A stretch of DNA of 32,000 nucleotides from Nostoc sp. PCC 7120 = FACHB-418 (GTDB lineage Bacteria > Cyanobacteriota > Cyanobacteriia > Cyanobacteriales > Nostocaceae): NCBI RefSeq assembly GCF_000009705.1, contig NC_003272.1:330001-362000 (forward strand), in the 5' to 3' direction. Shown here in pieces: positions 18,009 through 26,415 of the stretch. Positions within the stretch are counted from its first letter, which is position 1. The number at the start of each line of letters is the position of its first letter. The position numbers and the translations under genes are program-made. Below the pieces are notes generated by a model that was not told where the DNA came from, searched no databases, and saw only the letters and a list, made by a program, of their open reading frames with translations.

Positions 18009-18248
18009 GAGTATAAAAGACTCATCCGTGAGTATTTATGACTTGCTCATGAGTATCAAAGACTTGTCCGCGAGTATTTATGACTCGCTCATGAGTATCA
18101 AAGACTCGTCCGGGAGTATTTATGACTTGTTCATGAGTATCAAAGACTTGTCTGGGAGTATTTATGACTTGTTCATGAGTATCAAAGACTTGTCTGGGAG
18201 TATTTATGACTTGTTCATGAGTATCAAAGACTCGTTTGCGAATATTTA
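18009..18248. repeat. Tandem array of 21-bp units in two alternating subtypes (42-bp super-unit), 11 full units plus a split 12th
   Basis: Units start at 18009, 18030, 18051 ... 18219. Subtype A is GAGTATCAAAGACTYGTCYGG and subtype B is GAGTATTTATGACTYGYTCAT. The B units 6, 8 and 10 are identical to one another, as are the A units 7 and 9. The edge units are diverged. The array resumes after the MITE/IS insertion at 19855-19891. Confidence 0.9.
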
Positions 18249-18291
18249 GGGAACACCAAAAAATAAATTATTCCAAATTGACGGTTAGTAG
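18249..18291 (+). mobile_element. MITE-like element, second copy, left fragment (split by the IS110-family insertion)
   Basis: GGGAACACCAAAAAATAAATTATTCCAAATTGACGGTTAGTAG aligns with 13397-13440 of the intact copy. The alignment stops abruptly at 18291/18292. Confidence 0.75.
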
Positions 18292-18347
18292 CGACTGTCT
18301 TGAAAGTCAAGCGATCGTTAACAAAAACCGGGACTCTGAACATTGAC

Positions 18348-18474
18348 GCAACTGGGGAACGCTGCGCTAGATTCTGCGGTGGCTGGTACGGGCAAAAAGA
18401 CTTGTGGCTCTTGGCTAAGATGGTAGCAGCCCGCACCAGCCACTCCGCTTCGCCGCAGAATCTTCCCCAGTTGC
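18348..18474 (-). ncRNA. Candidate IS-encoded structured RNA (bridge/seek-RNA-like) in the 3' non-coding region of the IS
   Basis: A three-tier imperfect hairpin, read directly:
- 18348-18359 GCAACTGGGGAA pairs with 18463-18474 TTCCCCAGTTGC (12/12).
- 18370-18379 GATTCTGCGG pairs with 18453-18462 CCGCAGAATC (10/10).
- 18380-18393 TGGCTGGTACGGGC pairs with 18429-18442 GCCCGCACCAGCCA (13/14).
Two 10-nt unpaired segments lie at 18360-18369 and 18443-18452. Strand and expression are unknown. Confidence 0.35.
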
Positions 18475-18577
18475 TGGATTTCCCGTGAAGATAAAAAAGA
18501 GCATCAAAAATTGACCCAAATGCGGCAATAGGATCATCAGGGAGAGTATTTCCAAGTATAAAAACGGTCAATTGTGA

Positions 18578-19540
18578 TTAAGCGTTGGGAATGGGTTGTA
18601 AGTTGTCAGTAACACGCCAAGGTAAATTATCCCGAACCATTGCATTTAAAATGACTAACATTTTATGAACGCAAGCAGTGAGAGCTAATTTTTTCGATTT
18701 ACCACGTTCGACAAGACGCTCATAAAAGGCCTTGATAACCGGATTATGACGCATAGCAACAACAGCACCCATATAAAGAGTGGCACGAACATGAGCGCGA
18801 CCGCCATTAATCATGCGCTTACCTTTGTGTTGACCACTATCATGATTGATAGGTGCAACACCAACTAAGCGAGAAATTTGTTTGGCAGTGAGTTGACCGA
18901 GTTCTGGCAAATCAGAAACCAGAGTTGTCGAAATAACTTGGCCAATACCAGGAGTAGTTTTGAGTAAATTAACTTTTTCAATCCATTGTTGATTGTTTTG
19001 AGTTAATTGCTCAATTTCTTGATTGAGTTGTTTGAGACGTTCGTCAAGATATTCAATGTGTGCTTCAATATCTGCCAATGCTTTACCACGGGCGCGTGAG
19101 CGTCGATTTTTTTCAGCAGTTTGCATCTCAACTAATTGTCTTCGACGACTAATTAATTCTCCTAATTGACGAGATGCTTGTGACTCAATGTTTAACACTT
19201 GAGGTTTCATTGCTTCCCCAAAGTGTGCCAATATTTGTGCATCGATAGCATCTGTTTTGGCGAGTTTACCAGTGGCTTTGGCAAAATTTCGTCCTTGACG
19301 TGGATTGATTAATGCTACTGGTAGCATTGCTGCCTGTAGTTGAATGACCAGTTCTGTTTCTAATCCTCCGGTTGCTTCTAGTACGATGAGGTTCAAATCA
19401 TAAAATTTTAATTGTTCAACTAAATTAAATATTTCTAGTTCTGTATTAGCAAACTTCAATGCTTTACCGATGGGACGGATATAAACATCGAGGGTCGCTT
19501 TGCTCACGTCAATGCCTACCCACACAGAGATGTTTTCCAT
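18578..19540 (-). CDS. IS110 family transposase (DEDD recombinase)
   Basis: 320-aa ORF. The N-terminal RuvC-like DEDD region has VWVGIDVSKATLDV, VLEATGGLE and AKTDAIDAQILA. The C-terminal Tnp domain has INHDSGQHKGKRMINGGRAHVRATLYMGAVVA. Confidence 0.9.
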   Translation of the reverse strand: MENISVWVGIDVSKATLDVYIRPIGKALKFANTELEIFNLVEQLKFYDLNLIVLEATGGLETELVIQLQAAMLPVALINPRQGRNFAKATGKLAKTDAIDAQILAHFGEAMKPQVLNIESQASRQLGELISRRRQLVEMQTAEKNRRSRARGKALADIEAHIEYLDERLKQLNQEIEQLTQNNQQWIEKVNLLKTTPGIGQVISTTLVSDLPELGQLTAKQISRLVGVAPINHDSGQHKGKRMINGGRAHVRATLYMGAVVAMRHNPVIKAFYERLVERGKSKKLALTACVHKMLVILNAMVRDNLPWRVTDNLQPIPNA

Positions 19541-19761
19541 TTTTGAATCTCAACTATTTTGTCAAGAAGTTTTTAATTCATCCCCTTGATTTCACTCATC
19601 CTTGCCCGATGCGGACTGTATACTTTAAATGTCAGTAGTTTAAAGCTTTGACCCCGGCGACTGTTCGAGTTCTGTCAAAGAGATTGTTGTGGTGACCCAT
19701 GCTACAAAGCGGTCTTTAATGACCTAGGGTGCGACGGTCTACCACTTCTTTTAATATACAA

Positions 19762-19854
19762 GGGTGCGTCAGTATGAATAATTATTTTGGTACAGCTAAG
19801 TTTTCTCGCACTGACGCACCCTACATTTGGGATATTTTTTTATCTGGAATTCCC
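19762..19854 (+). mobile_element. MITE-like element, second copy, right fragment
   Basis: GGGTGCGTCAGTATGAATAATT...CTCGCACTGACGCACCCTACATTTGGGATATTTTTTTATCTGGAATTCCC aligns with 13440-13531. It has a perfect 12-bp internal hairpin (GGGTGCGTCAGT/ACTGACGCACCC). The right TIR, reverse-complemented, is GGGAATTCCAGATAAAAAAAT. Confidence 0.75.
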
Positions 19855-19953
19855 TTATGACTCGCTCACGGAGTTTAAACACTCATTTACCAGTTCCTAG
19901 AAGCGGGAAGAGAAACAAGTGTAACTCCGTTGTCGCGATCGCCTTTAACGCCT

Positions 19954-20298
19954 TTAATCGGTAGACTCAATTAACTTGAAACCCCAAGGCTTGAGAGCTG
20001 CGATCGCTATTTCTCGATCTACGCCTTCATAAAGTTCCCATTCATGGGGGTGTTCTTTGGGGTGTCCTTCGCCGACGTTACCTGCAACTTTGATGACTGG
20101 AAAATTCGCCACGCGATCGCGCTCTAATCCTTTGGGTAGCGCTAGCTGGACTTTACGACCGATAAATTTTGACATACCAGAATTAGCCACAGATTCACGG
20201 ATTAAACAAATATCACCAGCAGTACCCCAAGTAGTTTGGTAAATGTAGAGAAATGATATGTAGGTTTCTGGTTTAATTGACCTTTTGAGAACTTTCAT
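19954..20298 (-). CDS. Hypothetical protein (114 aa)
   Basis: ATG-initiated ORF convergent with the STAND gene. Ordinary composition and HIP1 sites inside. No family recognised from the sequence. Confidence 0.5.
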   Translation of the reverse strand: MKVLKRSIKPETYISFLYIYQTTWGTAGDICLIRESVANSGMSKFIGRKVQLALPKGLERDRVANFPVIKVAGNVGEGHPKEHPHEWELYEGVDREIAIAALKPWGFKLIESTD

Positions 20299-20778
20299 GA
20301 ACTGTAATCCTTACACAAAGAGTGAAAAATCCTATGAGTGTTGTCTATCGTTGGCTACAACTACTTTAATTTTGCAACACCAAAATCACGTTTATAGTGT
20401 TTTCTAGTCTGCTGGCGTGCCAATTTATCTGCGTCCATCTGGGGTTAAGTGTTTCTTGTTCTCATTTACTGCGTCGTGCGTATCTGTCGGGAGTTGTCAT
20501 GTCAGTGGTTTTTGACCTGGTTTAATGCTCTATCCCCTTGTGGTGTATTTTTAGATGGCTATCACTATATGACGTTTTCATCGCCATCCCATAGAAACTT
20601 TTACTCAGAGAAACTTTGTTTTATGTTCGACTGTAGGCGATGATTTCCGGTCGGTAGCAGACGGAGGCTGCGTTAATGCCAATACTCAGCATACGAAACT
20701 CTGGCAATTATGGAAAATAATATATGTAAGTCGAGTATCGTAAGACTCACTTGATTTCCTCATTTCCTCTAGGAAAAT

Positions 20779-23700
20779 ATGACTCATCCTTTCCTGAAAC
20801 GCCTGCACAGTCCGGAACTTCCGGTTATCGTCTTCGACGGTGCAATGGGAACTAACCTACAAACCCAAAACCTCACGGCTGAGGATTTCGGCGGTGTGCA
20901 GTATGAAGGTTGTAACGAATACCTAGTCCACACCAAACCCGAAGCTGTCGCCAAGGTTCACCGCGACTTTCTCGCTGTGGGTGCAGATGTCATCGAAACC
21001 GACACTTTCGGTGCGACATCCATTGTTTTGGCGGAATATGACTTAGCAGACCAAACATATTACCTGAACAAGAAAGCCGCCGAACTGGCGAAAAGTGTCG
21101 CTGCTGAATTTTCCACACCAGATAAACCCCGGTTTGTTGCTGGTTCCATCGGCCCCACAACCAAACTTCCCACCTTGGGACATATCGACTTTGACACTCT
21201 CAAAACTTGCTTTGCTGAACAAGCAGAAGCGCTGTTAGATGGTGGCGTGGATTTACTTTTGGTGGAGACTTGTCAAGATGTGCTGCAAATCAAAGCGGCG
21301 CTGAATGGGATAGAAGAAGTCTTTGGCAAGAGAGGGGAACGCATACCCTTGATGGTGTCCGTGACAATGGAAAGCATGGGGACAATGTTGGTCGGTTCCG
21401 AAATCAACGCCGTCCTGACAATTTTAGAACCTTTCCCAATTGACATTCTCGGTCTGAACTGTGCCACAGGCCCAGACTTGATGAAACCACATATTAAATA
21501 TTTGGCTGAACATTCGCCGTTTGTGGTTTCTTGTATTCCTAACGCGGGTTTACCAGAAAACGTTGGTGGTCAAGCACATTATCGCTTAACACCAATGGAA
21601 TTACGCATGGCGTTGATGCACTTTGTTGAAGATTTGGGTGTCCAAGTGATCGGGGGTTGCTGTGGGACACGTCCAGAACACATTCAACAATTAGCAGAAA
21701 TTGCCAAGGATTTAAAGCCAAAGGTGAGACAGCCAAGTTTAGAACCTGCGGCTGCATCAATATATAGTACTCAACCCTACGAACAAGATAATTCTTTCTT
21801 GATTGTGGGTGAACGCCTCAACGCCAGTGGTTCCAAGAAATGCCGTGATTTGCTGAATGCGGAAGATTGGGACGGATTGGTATCAATGGCGCGATCGCAA
21901 GTCAAGGAAGGCGCACATATCCTTGATGTCAACGTTGATTATGTGGGACGGGACGGTGTGCGGGATATGCACGAACTAGTTTCCCGCATTGTGAATAATG
22001 TTACACTCCCCTTAATGCTCGACTCCACCGAATGGGAAAAGATGGAGGCGGGTTTAAAGGTGGCTGGTGGTAAGTGTTTGCTGAACTCCACCAACTACGA
22101 AGATGGGGAACCACGTTTCTTAAAAGTGTTGGAGTTGGCGAAGAAATATGGCGCGGGTGTTGTTATTGGCACAATTGACGAAGAAGGGATGGCGCGGACA
22201 GCCGAGAAAAAGTTTCAAATTGCCCAGCGTGCCTATCGTCAATCGGTAGAATATGGGATTCCCCCCACAGAAATATTCTTTGATACCTTAGCTTTACCAA
22301 TTTCTACCGGGATTGAAGAAGACCGGGAAAATGGCAAGGCGACAATTGAATCAATTAGCCGTATCCGTAAAGAATTGCCAGGGTGTCATGTTATTTTAGG
22401 CGTGTCAAATATATCCTTTGGCTTAAATTCAGCCTCGCGGATGGTCTTAAACTCCGTGTTTCTCCATGAAGCAATGACTGCTGGCATGGATGCGGCGATC
22501 GTCAGTGCTAGCAAGATTCTACCACTGTCGAAGATTGAAGAGCGTCATCAAGAAGTCTGCCGCCAGTTAATTTATGACCAGCGTAAATTTGAGGGTGATA
22601 TCTGCATCTATGACCCCTTAACAGAACTAACTAAATTGTTTGAGGGAGTCACCACCAAACGTAACAAAGGCGTTGATGAAAGCTTACCCATCGAAGAACG
22701 ACTCAAGCGTCACATTATCGACGGCGAACGCATTGGTTTAGAAGCGCAACTGACAAAAGCCTTAGAACAATATCCACCCCTAGAAATTATCAACACTTTC
22801 CTACTAGATGGGATGAAAGTAGTCGGGGAATTGTTCGGTTCAGGACAAATGCAGCTACCTTTCGTTTTACAGTCAGCCGAAACCATGAAAGCGGCGGTAG
22901 CCTACCTAGAACCGTTCATGGAAAAATCGGAAAGTGGCAACAATGCCAAAGGTAAAGTAATTATTGCCACCGTGAAAGGCGATGTTCACGACATTGGTAA
23001 AAACCTAGTAGACATTATCTTGTCCAACAACGGCTACAAGGTAATTAACCTGGGAATTAAACAGCCGGTGGAAAATATCATCGAGGCTTACAACCAACAC
23101 AAAGCTGATTGTATTGCCATGAGTGGCTTGCTGGTAAAATCCACCGCATTCATGAAAGAAAATTTGGAGGTCTTCAACGAAAAAGGCATTAATGTTCCTG
23201 TAATTTTAGGTGGTGCGGCATTAACCCCGAAATTCGTGCATAAAGATTGCCAAAATACCTACAAAGGTAAAGTCATTTATGGCAAAGATGCTTTCTCAGA
23301 CCTGCATTTCATGGATAAATTAATGCCAGCCAAAGCCACTGGCAAATGGGACAATTCCTTAGGATTCTTGGATGAAGTAGAAACCGAGGAAACAGAACCT
23401 ACCAATCACAAATCCCCAATCCCCAGTCCCCAATCCCCAGTCCCCAGTCCCCAGTCCCCAGTCCCTATAGACACCCGACGTTCCGAAGCTGTAGCCATAG
23501 ACATTCCCCGTCCCACACCACCATTCTGGGGAACGCAATTATTACAGCCTAGCGATATTTCCTTAGAGGAAATATTCTGGCACATGGATTTGCAAGCCTT
23601 GATTGCGGGACAATGGCAATTCCGCAAACCCAAAGAACAATCAAAGGAAGAATATCAAGCTTTCTTGAATGAGAAAGTGTATCCAGTTCTAGAAACTTGG

Positions 23701-24315
23701 AAACAGCGCATCATTGCAGAAAACTTGTTACATCCCCAGGTAATTTATGGGTATTTTCCTTGTCAATCTGAGGGTAATACTTTATATGTTTACGAAACAA
23801 ACAGCCCAAATGCCACAGAAATCACTCAGTTTGAATTCCCCCGACAAAAGTCATCAAAACGATTATGTATTGCCGATTTCTTTGCACCGAAAGATTCAGG
23901 AATCATTGATGTCTTCCCCATGCAGGCGGTGACTGTAGGCGAAATTGCTACAGAGTTCGCGCAAAAATTGTTTGCAAACAATCAATACACTGATTATCTG
24001 TATTTTCACGGTTTGGCGGTGCAAGTAGCAGAAGCCTTGGCCGAGTGGACACACGCCAGAATCCGCCGTGAGTTAGGGTTCGGTGCTGAAGAACCGGATA
24101 ATATCCGGGATATTTTGGCACAACGCTATCAGGGTTCCCGGTATAGTTTTGGCTACCCAGCTTGTCCCAATATTCAAGACCAGTTTAAGCAGCTGGATTT
24201 GTTGGAGACTAGCAGAATTAACTTATACATGGATGAAAGTGAGCAACTTTATCCAGAACAGTCTACGACGGCGATTATTACTTATCACCCAGTAGCTAAG
24301 TACTTCACCGCGTAA
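20779..24315 (+). CDS. metH: Cobalamin-dependent methionine synthase
   Basis: 1178-aa ORF with all MetH modules:
- Hcy-binding: [15 protein letters not shown].
- Pterin-binding: [10 protein letters not shown].
- B12-binding: [15 protein letters not shown].
- AdoMet activation domain: FWGTQ..., [10 protein letters not shown]. Confidence 0.95.
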   Translation: MTHPFLKRLHSPELPVIVFDGAMGTNLQTQNLTAEDFGGVQYEGCNEYLVHTKPEAVAKVHRDFLAVGADVIETDTFGATSIVLAEYDLADQTYYLNKKAAELAKSVAAEFSTPDKPRFVAGSIGPTTKLPTLGHIDFDTLKTCFAEQAEALLDGGVDLLLVETCQDVLQIKAALNGIEEVFGKRGERIPLMVSVTMESMGTMLVGSEINAVLTILEPFPIDILGLNCATGPDLMKPHIKYLAEHSPFVVSCIPNAGLPENVGGQAHYRLTPMELRMALMHFVEDLGVQVIGGCCGTRPEHIQQLAEIAKDLKPKVRQPSLEPAAASIYSTQPYEQDNSFLIVGERLNASGSKKCRDLLNAEDWDGLVSMARSQVKEGAHILDVNVDYVGRDGVRDMHELVSRIVNNVTLPLMLDSTEWEKMEAGLKVAGGKCLLNSTNYEDGEPRFLKVLELAKKYGAGVVIGTIDEEGMARTAEKKFQIAQRAYRQSVEYGIPPTEIFFDTLALPISTGIEEDRENGKATIESISRIRKELPGCHVILGVSNISFGLNSASRMVLNSVFLHEAMTAGMDAAIVSASKILPLSKIEERHQEVCRQLIYDQRKFEGDICIYDPLTELTKLFEGVTTKRNKGVDESLPIEERLKRHIIDGERIGLEAQLTKALEQYPPLEIINTFLLDGMKVVGELFGSGQMQLPFVLQSAETMKAAVAYLEPFMEKSESGNNAKGKVIIATVKGDVHDIGKNLVDIILSNNGYKVINLGIKQPVENIIEAYNQHKADCIAMSGLLVKSTAFMKENLEVFNEKGINVPVILGGAALTPKFVHKDCQNTYKGKVIYGKDAFSDLHFMDKLMPAKATGKWDNSLGFLDEVETEETEPTNHKSPIPSPQSPVPSPQSPVPIDTRRSEAVAIDIPRPTPPFWGTQLLQPSDISLEEIFWHMDLQALIAGQWQFRKPKEQSKEEYQAFLNEKVYPVLETWKQRIIAENLLHPQVIYGYFPCQSEGNTLYVYETNSPNATEITQFEFPRQKSSKRLCIADFFAPKDSGIIDVFPMQAVTVGEIATEFAQKLFANNQYTDYLYFHGLAVQVAEALAEWTHARIRRELGFGAEEPDNIRDILAQRYQGSRYSFGYPACPNIQDQFKQLDLLETSRINLYMDESEQLYPEQSTTAIITYHPVAKYFTA
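23414..23465 (+). repeat. STRR1-type heptamer array (CCCCAGT/CCCCAAT, 7 units) inside the metH reading frame
   Basis: CCCCAAT CCCCAGT CCCCAAT CCCCAGT x4 CCC. It is translated in frame as [18 protein letters not shown], between the B12-binding and activation modules. Confidence 0.9.
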
Positions 24316-24323
24316 TCCCAGTT

Positions 24324-24368
24324 TTCTCCTCCTCCTGTGTCTACCCCATAAATGTATGAGGAGGAGAA
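24324..24368 (+). terminator. Possible metH terminator hairpin
   Basis: TTCTCCTCCTC (24324-24334) is complementary to GAGGAGGAGAA (24358-24368), an 11-bp stem. The ~23-nt loop is long and only a weak T tract follows. Confidence 0.3.
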
Positions 24369-24516
24369 TTTGGTCAAAAATATCTGTCACTGTTATATGA
24401 AGAACCTACACTTGTCAACCCTTTCTTCTCTTTTTTGATCAGTCTGAGGAATAATAACTCATAATAAAAATAATCATTCATGAGGAGATTATCCATTCCC
24501 AATCTTGGGAAACCTT

Positions 24517-25569
24517 ATGCTACAGCTAATAACTACCATCTTTGTTGTAATTCTAGGTTCAGCGTTGTGTTCTAGTATAGAAACGGCGCTGTTTTCTGTT
24601 TCTACCCTCAGAGTCAGACAATTAGCACAATCGAATAACCCTTCAGCTGTTGCACTTTTGGCAATTCGAGAAAAGATGAATCGGCCAATTGCAACCATTG
24701 TTATTCTCAATAACATCTTTAATATTATTGGCAGTATCGTTACAGGTGGCGTTGCTACTCAGGCTTTGGGATCGCAATGGTTGGGAATCTTTTCGGCTGT
24801 ATTAACATTCTTAATCATCATCTTTGGTGAAATCATTCCCAAAACCCTGGGGGAACGGTATTGTGAGCCAATTTCCCTGTTAGCAGCCATACCTATTACT
24901 GGACTTTCTATTGTCTTTACACCTCTAGTATGGATTTTAGAAAACGTTACTGCACCGTTTTCTAAAGGGAAGAAAAGACCCACAACTAATGAGGCAGAAA
25001 TTAAGCTGTTGGCAAATATTGGTCAACAAGAAGGGATCATTGAAAGTGATGAAGCAGAAATGATTCAGAGGGTGTTTAAGCTCAATGATGTAGTAGCTGC
25101 TGACCTCATGACTCCCCGAATTATGGTGACACATATTAACGGTAATTGGACGATCGCTGAGGCACAGTCCGAGATCATCGCTTCCCAACATACCCGAATT
25201 ATTGTGACGGATAATTCAATTGATCAAGTCATAGGCTTCAGTTTAAAGCAGGAATTACTCACGGCGATCGTGGAAGGAAATCAAAATTACCAAGTCGCTA
25301 AACTGGTTCGTAAAGTCCGCTTCGTTCCTGAAGTCATTCATGCAGATAGACTGTTGAAAAACTTCATAGAAGCTCGTGAACATTTAGCCGTGGTGGTAGA
25401 TGAATATGGTAGCGTCGCCGGTGTAGTTACTTTGGAAGATGTGTTGGAACTGATAACTGGTGAGATTGTTGATGAAACTGATAGAAATATTGATTTGCAA
25501 GAAATAGCCCGCAAAAAACGAGAGAAAATGTTGCAATCTATGACTGTTGACGGTTCATATTTGAAATAA
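24517..25569 (+). CDS. CNNM/DUF21 transmembrane domain plus CBS-pair protein (hemolysin/CorC-family, putative divalent-cation transport mediator)
   Basis: The ORF is open from a TTG at 24505, with an ATG at 24517 (MLQLITTIFVVILGSALCSSIETALFSVS). The DUF21 motif GEIIPKTLG is present. Two CBS-like modules follow (VAADLMTPR...; HLAVVVDEYGSVAGVVTLEDVLE). Confidence 0.8.
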   Translation: MLQLITTIFVVILGSALCSSIETALFSVSTLRVRQLAQSNNPSAVALLAIREKMNRPIATIVILNNIFNIIGSIVTGGVATQALGSQWLGIFSAVLTFLIIIFGEIIPKTLGERYCEPISLLAAIPITGLSIVFTPLVWILENVTAPFSKGKKRPTTNEAEIKLLANIGQQEGIIESDEAEMIQRVFKLNDVVAADLMTPRIMVTHINGNWTIAEAQSEIIASQHTRIIVTDNSIDQVIGFSLKQELLTAIVEGNQNYQVAKLVRKVRFVPEVIHADRLLKNFIEAREHLAVVVDEYGSVAGVVTLEDVLELITGEIVDETDRNIDLQEIARKKREKMLQSMTVDGSYLK

Positions 25570-25825
25570 AGCCAAAATTAAGGGTTGTAAGGCGGTGAAA
25601 AAGCAGGGGAGCGGGGAGTGTGTACTTACTCCAAAGGCGCTTATTTACCAAGTCAAAATTCAGATATTTTAGATAAGCGCATAAAATTCTCAGTGTCTGT
25701 GGGGTGGGCATTACCCAACGCCACTTGCTCCAAGCCGGGAAACCCTTCCAACCCAGTAGCTCCCCTACGTATATTGCAAAAATCAAGTATGAGTCCTATA
25801 TACCCTTGTTCATCACTATCAGCTT

Positions 25826-26197
25826 TCATGACGTTGACAAGACTATCAAAAAACAGATGAGTAATAAACCTAGTAGAAGTAGTAAAGCTTGATTGCGTTG
25901 CATCCAACTTTTGATAGATGCACTAGGAGTATTAGCGGCTTGCTGTTCTTCTAATTGGGCGTTTCTCTCGGCTATATCTTGGTAAAGGGTACAGTCTTTA
26001 GCATAGGGACGCTTGGGAAACGTACAAGTATCGTCAGCATGGTAGGTACAGGTGTGGCATAGATAGGTGTCTTTAGCCGCACGATGTAAGGTAACGCCAG
26101 GATGACCGTAAGCTTTGAGTGTTGTACGACAGTAAGGACAGACAAGAGCCTGACTATCAACTTGCTGATGGCAGTTAGGACAAGAAATATTAGCCAC
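25826..26197 (-). CDS. Zinc-ribbon protein with a C-terminal transmembrane helix
   Basis: 123-aa ORF with a GTG start. It has CPNC...CPYC and CHTC...C cysteine pairs and a C-terminal hydrophobic segment (ALLLLLGLLLICFLIVL). Confidence 0.55.
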   Translation of the reverse strand: MANISCPNCHQQVDSQALVCPYCRTTLKAYGHPGVTLHRAAKDTYLCHTCTYHADDTCTFPKRPYAKDCTLYQDIAERNAQLEEQQAANTPSASIKSWMQRNQALLLLLGLLLICFLIVLSTS

Positions 26198-26415
26198 GAA
26201 TTAAATATCAATCATCTAAGCAAATAATCTGATTTTAACGATTAATTCCAGTTGCTAGATAGTCTGTGGATGTGGTAGGGGGTAATAGGTGATCGGTAAT
26301 TGGAAAGAAGCCAATAAGGCGATACACAGCATATCTAGGTTTTGGTGGGTAATACCTACCCCACTGGGTAAAATTTCTGTACTTATGAGTTGCCACTAGT
26401 AATAGTATTACTGCT

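Larger units (their letters stand above)
18292..19761 (-). mobile_element. IS110-family insertion sequence (about 1.47 kb) inserted inside the MITE copy
   Basis: The boundaries come from alignment of the split MITE with the intact copy. An AG dinucleotide (CT in transposase orientation) is present at both junctions (18290-18291 and 19761-19762). There is a single DEDD-type transposase gene, with a 221-bp 5' and a 286-bp 3' non-coding region. Confidence 0.8.

Noticed and set aside
18009-18248. CRISPR array
   Set aside because: The units are contiguous 21-mers of two alternating, near-identical types. There are no unique spacers, no repeat-spacer periodicity of 60-75 bp, and no cas genes in the window.
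18028-18249. 73-aa ORF (SIYDLFMSIKDLSG repeats) as a real gene
   Set aside because: It is an open frame created by the 21-bp periodicity. It has a GTG start, no visible ribosome-binding site, and is truncated by the MITE insertion. It is kept only as an alternative in the tandem-array finding.
18344-18350. The heptamer TGACGCA next to the IS hairpin as a guide complementary to TGCGTCA (19766-19772) beside the insertion site
   Set aside because: A 7-mer match between ~290 nt of IS non-coding DNA and ~30 nt of flanks is expected about once by chance, so it is not evidence on its own.
18224-18571. 115-aa minus-strand ORF downstream of the IS110 transposase
   Set aside because: It coincides with the long hairpin structure and spans the IS/MITE junction into the tandem array, so it cannot be an ancestral gene of either element. 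It has no recognisable motifs.
13397-19854. The two direct MITE copies as the boundaries of a mobile, composite-transposon-like island carrying the three-gene module
   Set aside because: The downstream copy has its own target duplication inside a unit of the tandem array, and the upstream copy has its own flanks. They therefore look like independent MITE insertions, not paired ends. They still mark the region as insertion-tolerant.
20299-20778. Cobalamin, SAM or SAH riboswitch in the 480-nt region upstream of metH
   Set aside because: I could not find a B12-box-like GCCACTG core or other recognisable riboswitch cores by eye. B12 riboswitches typically control metE or transport rather than metH. 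A covariance-model scan would be needed to exclude one.
25538-25907. Four overlapping 62-84-aa ORFs between the CNNM/CBS gene and the zinc-ribbon gene
   Set aside because: They are mutually exclusive frames in a 256-bp convergent intergenic region that looks like dispersed-repeat DNA (GGGGTGGGCATTACCCAACGCC...). They have no starts with ribosome-binding sites and no motifs.
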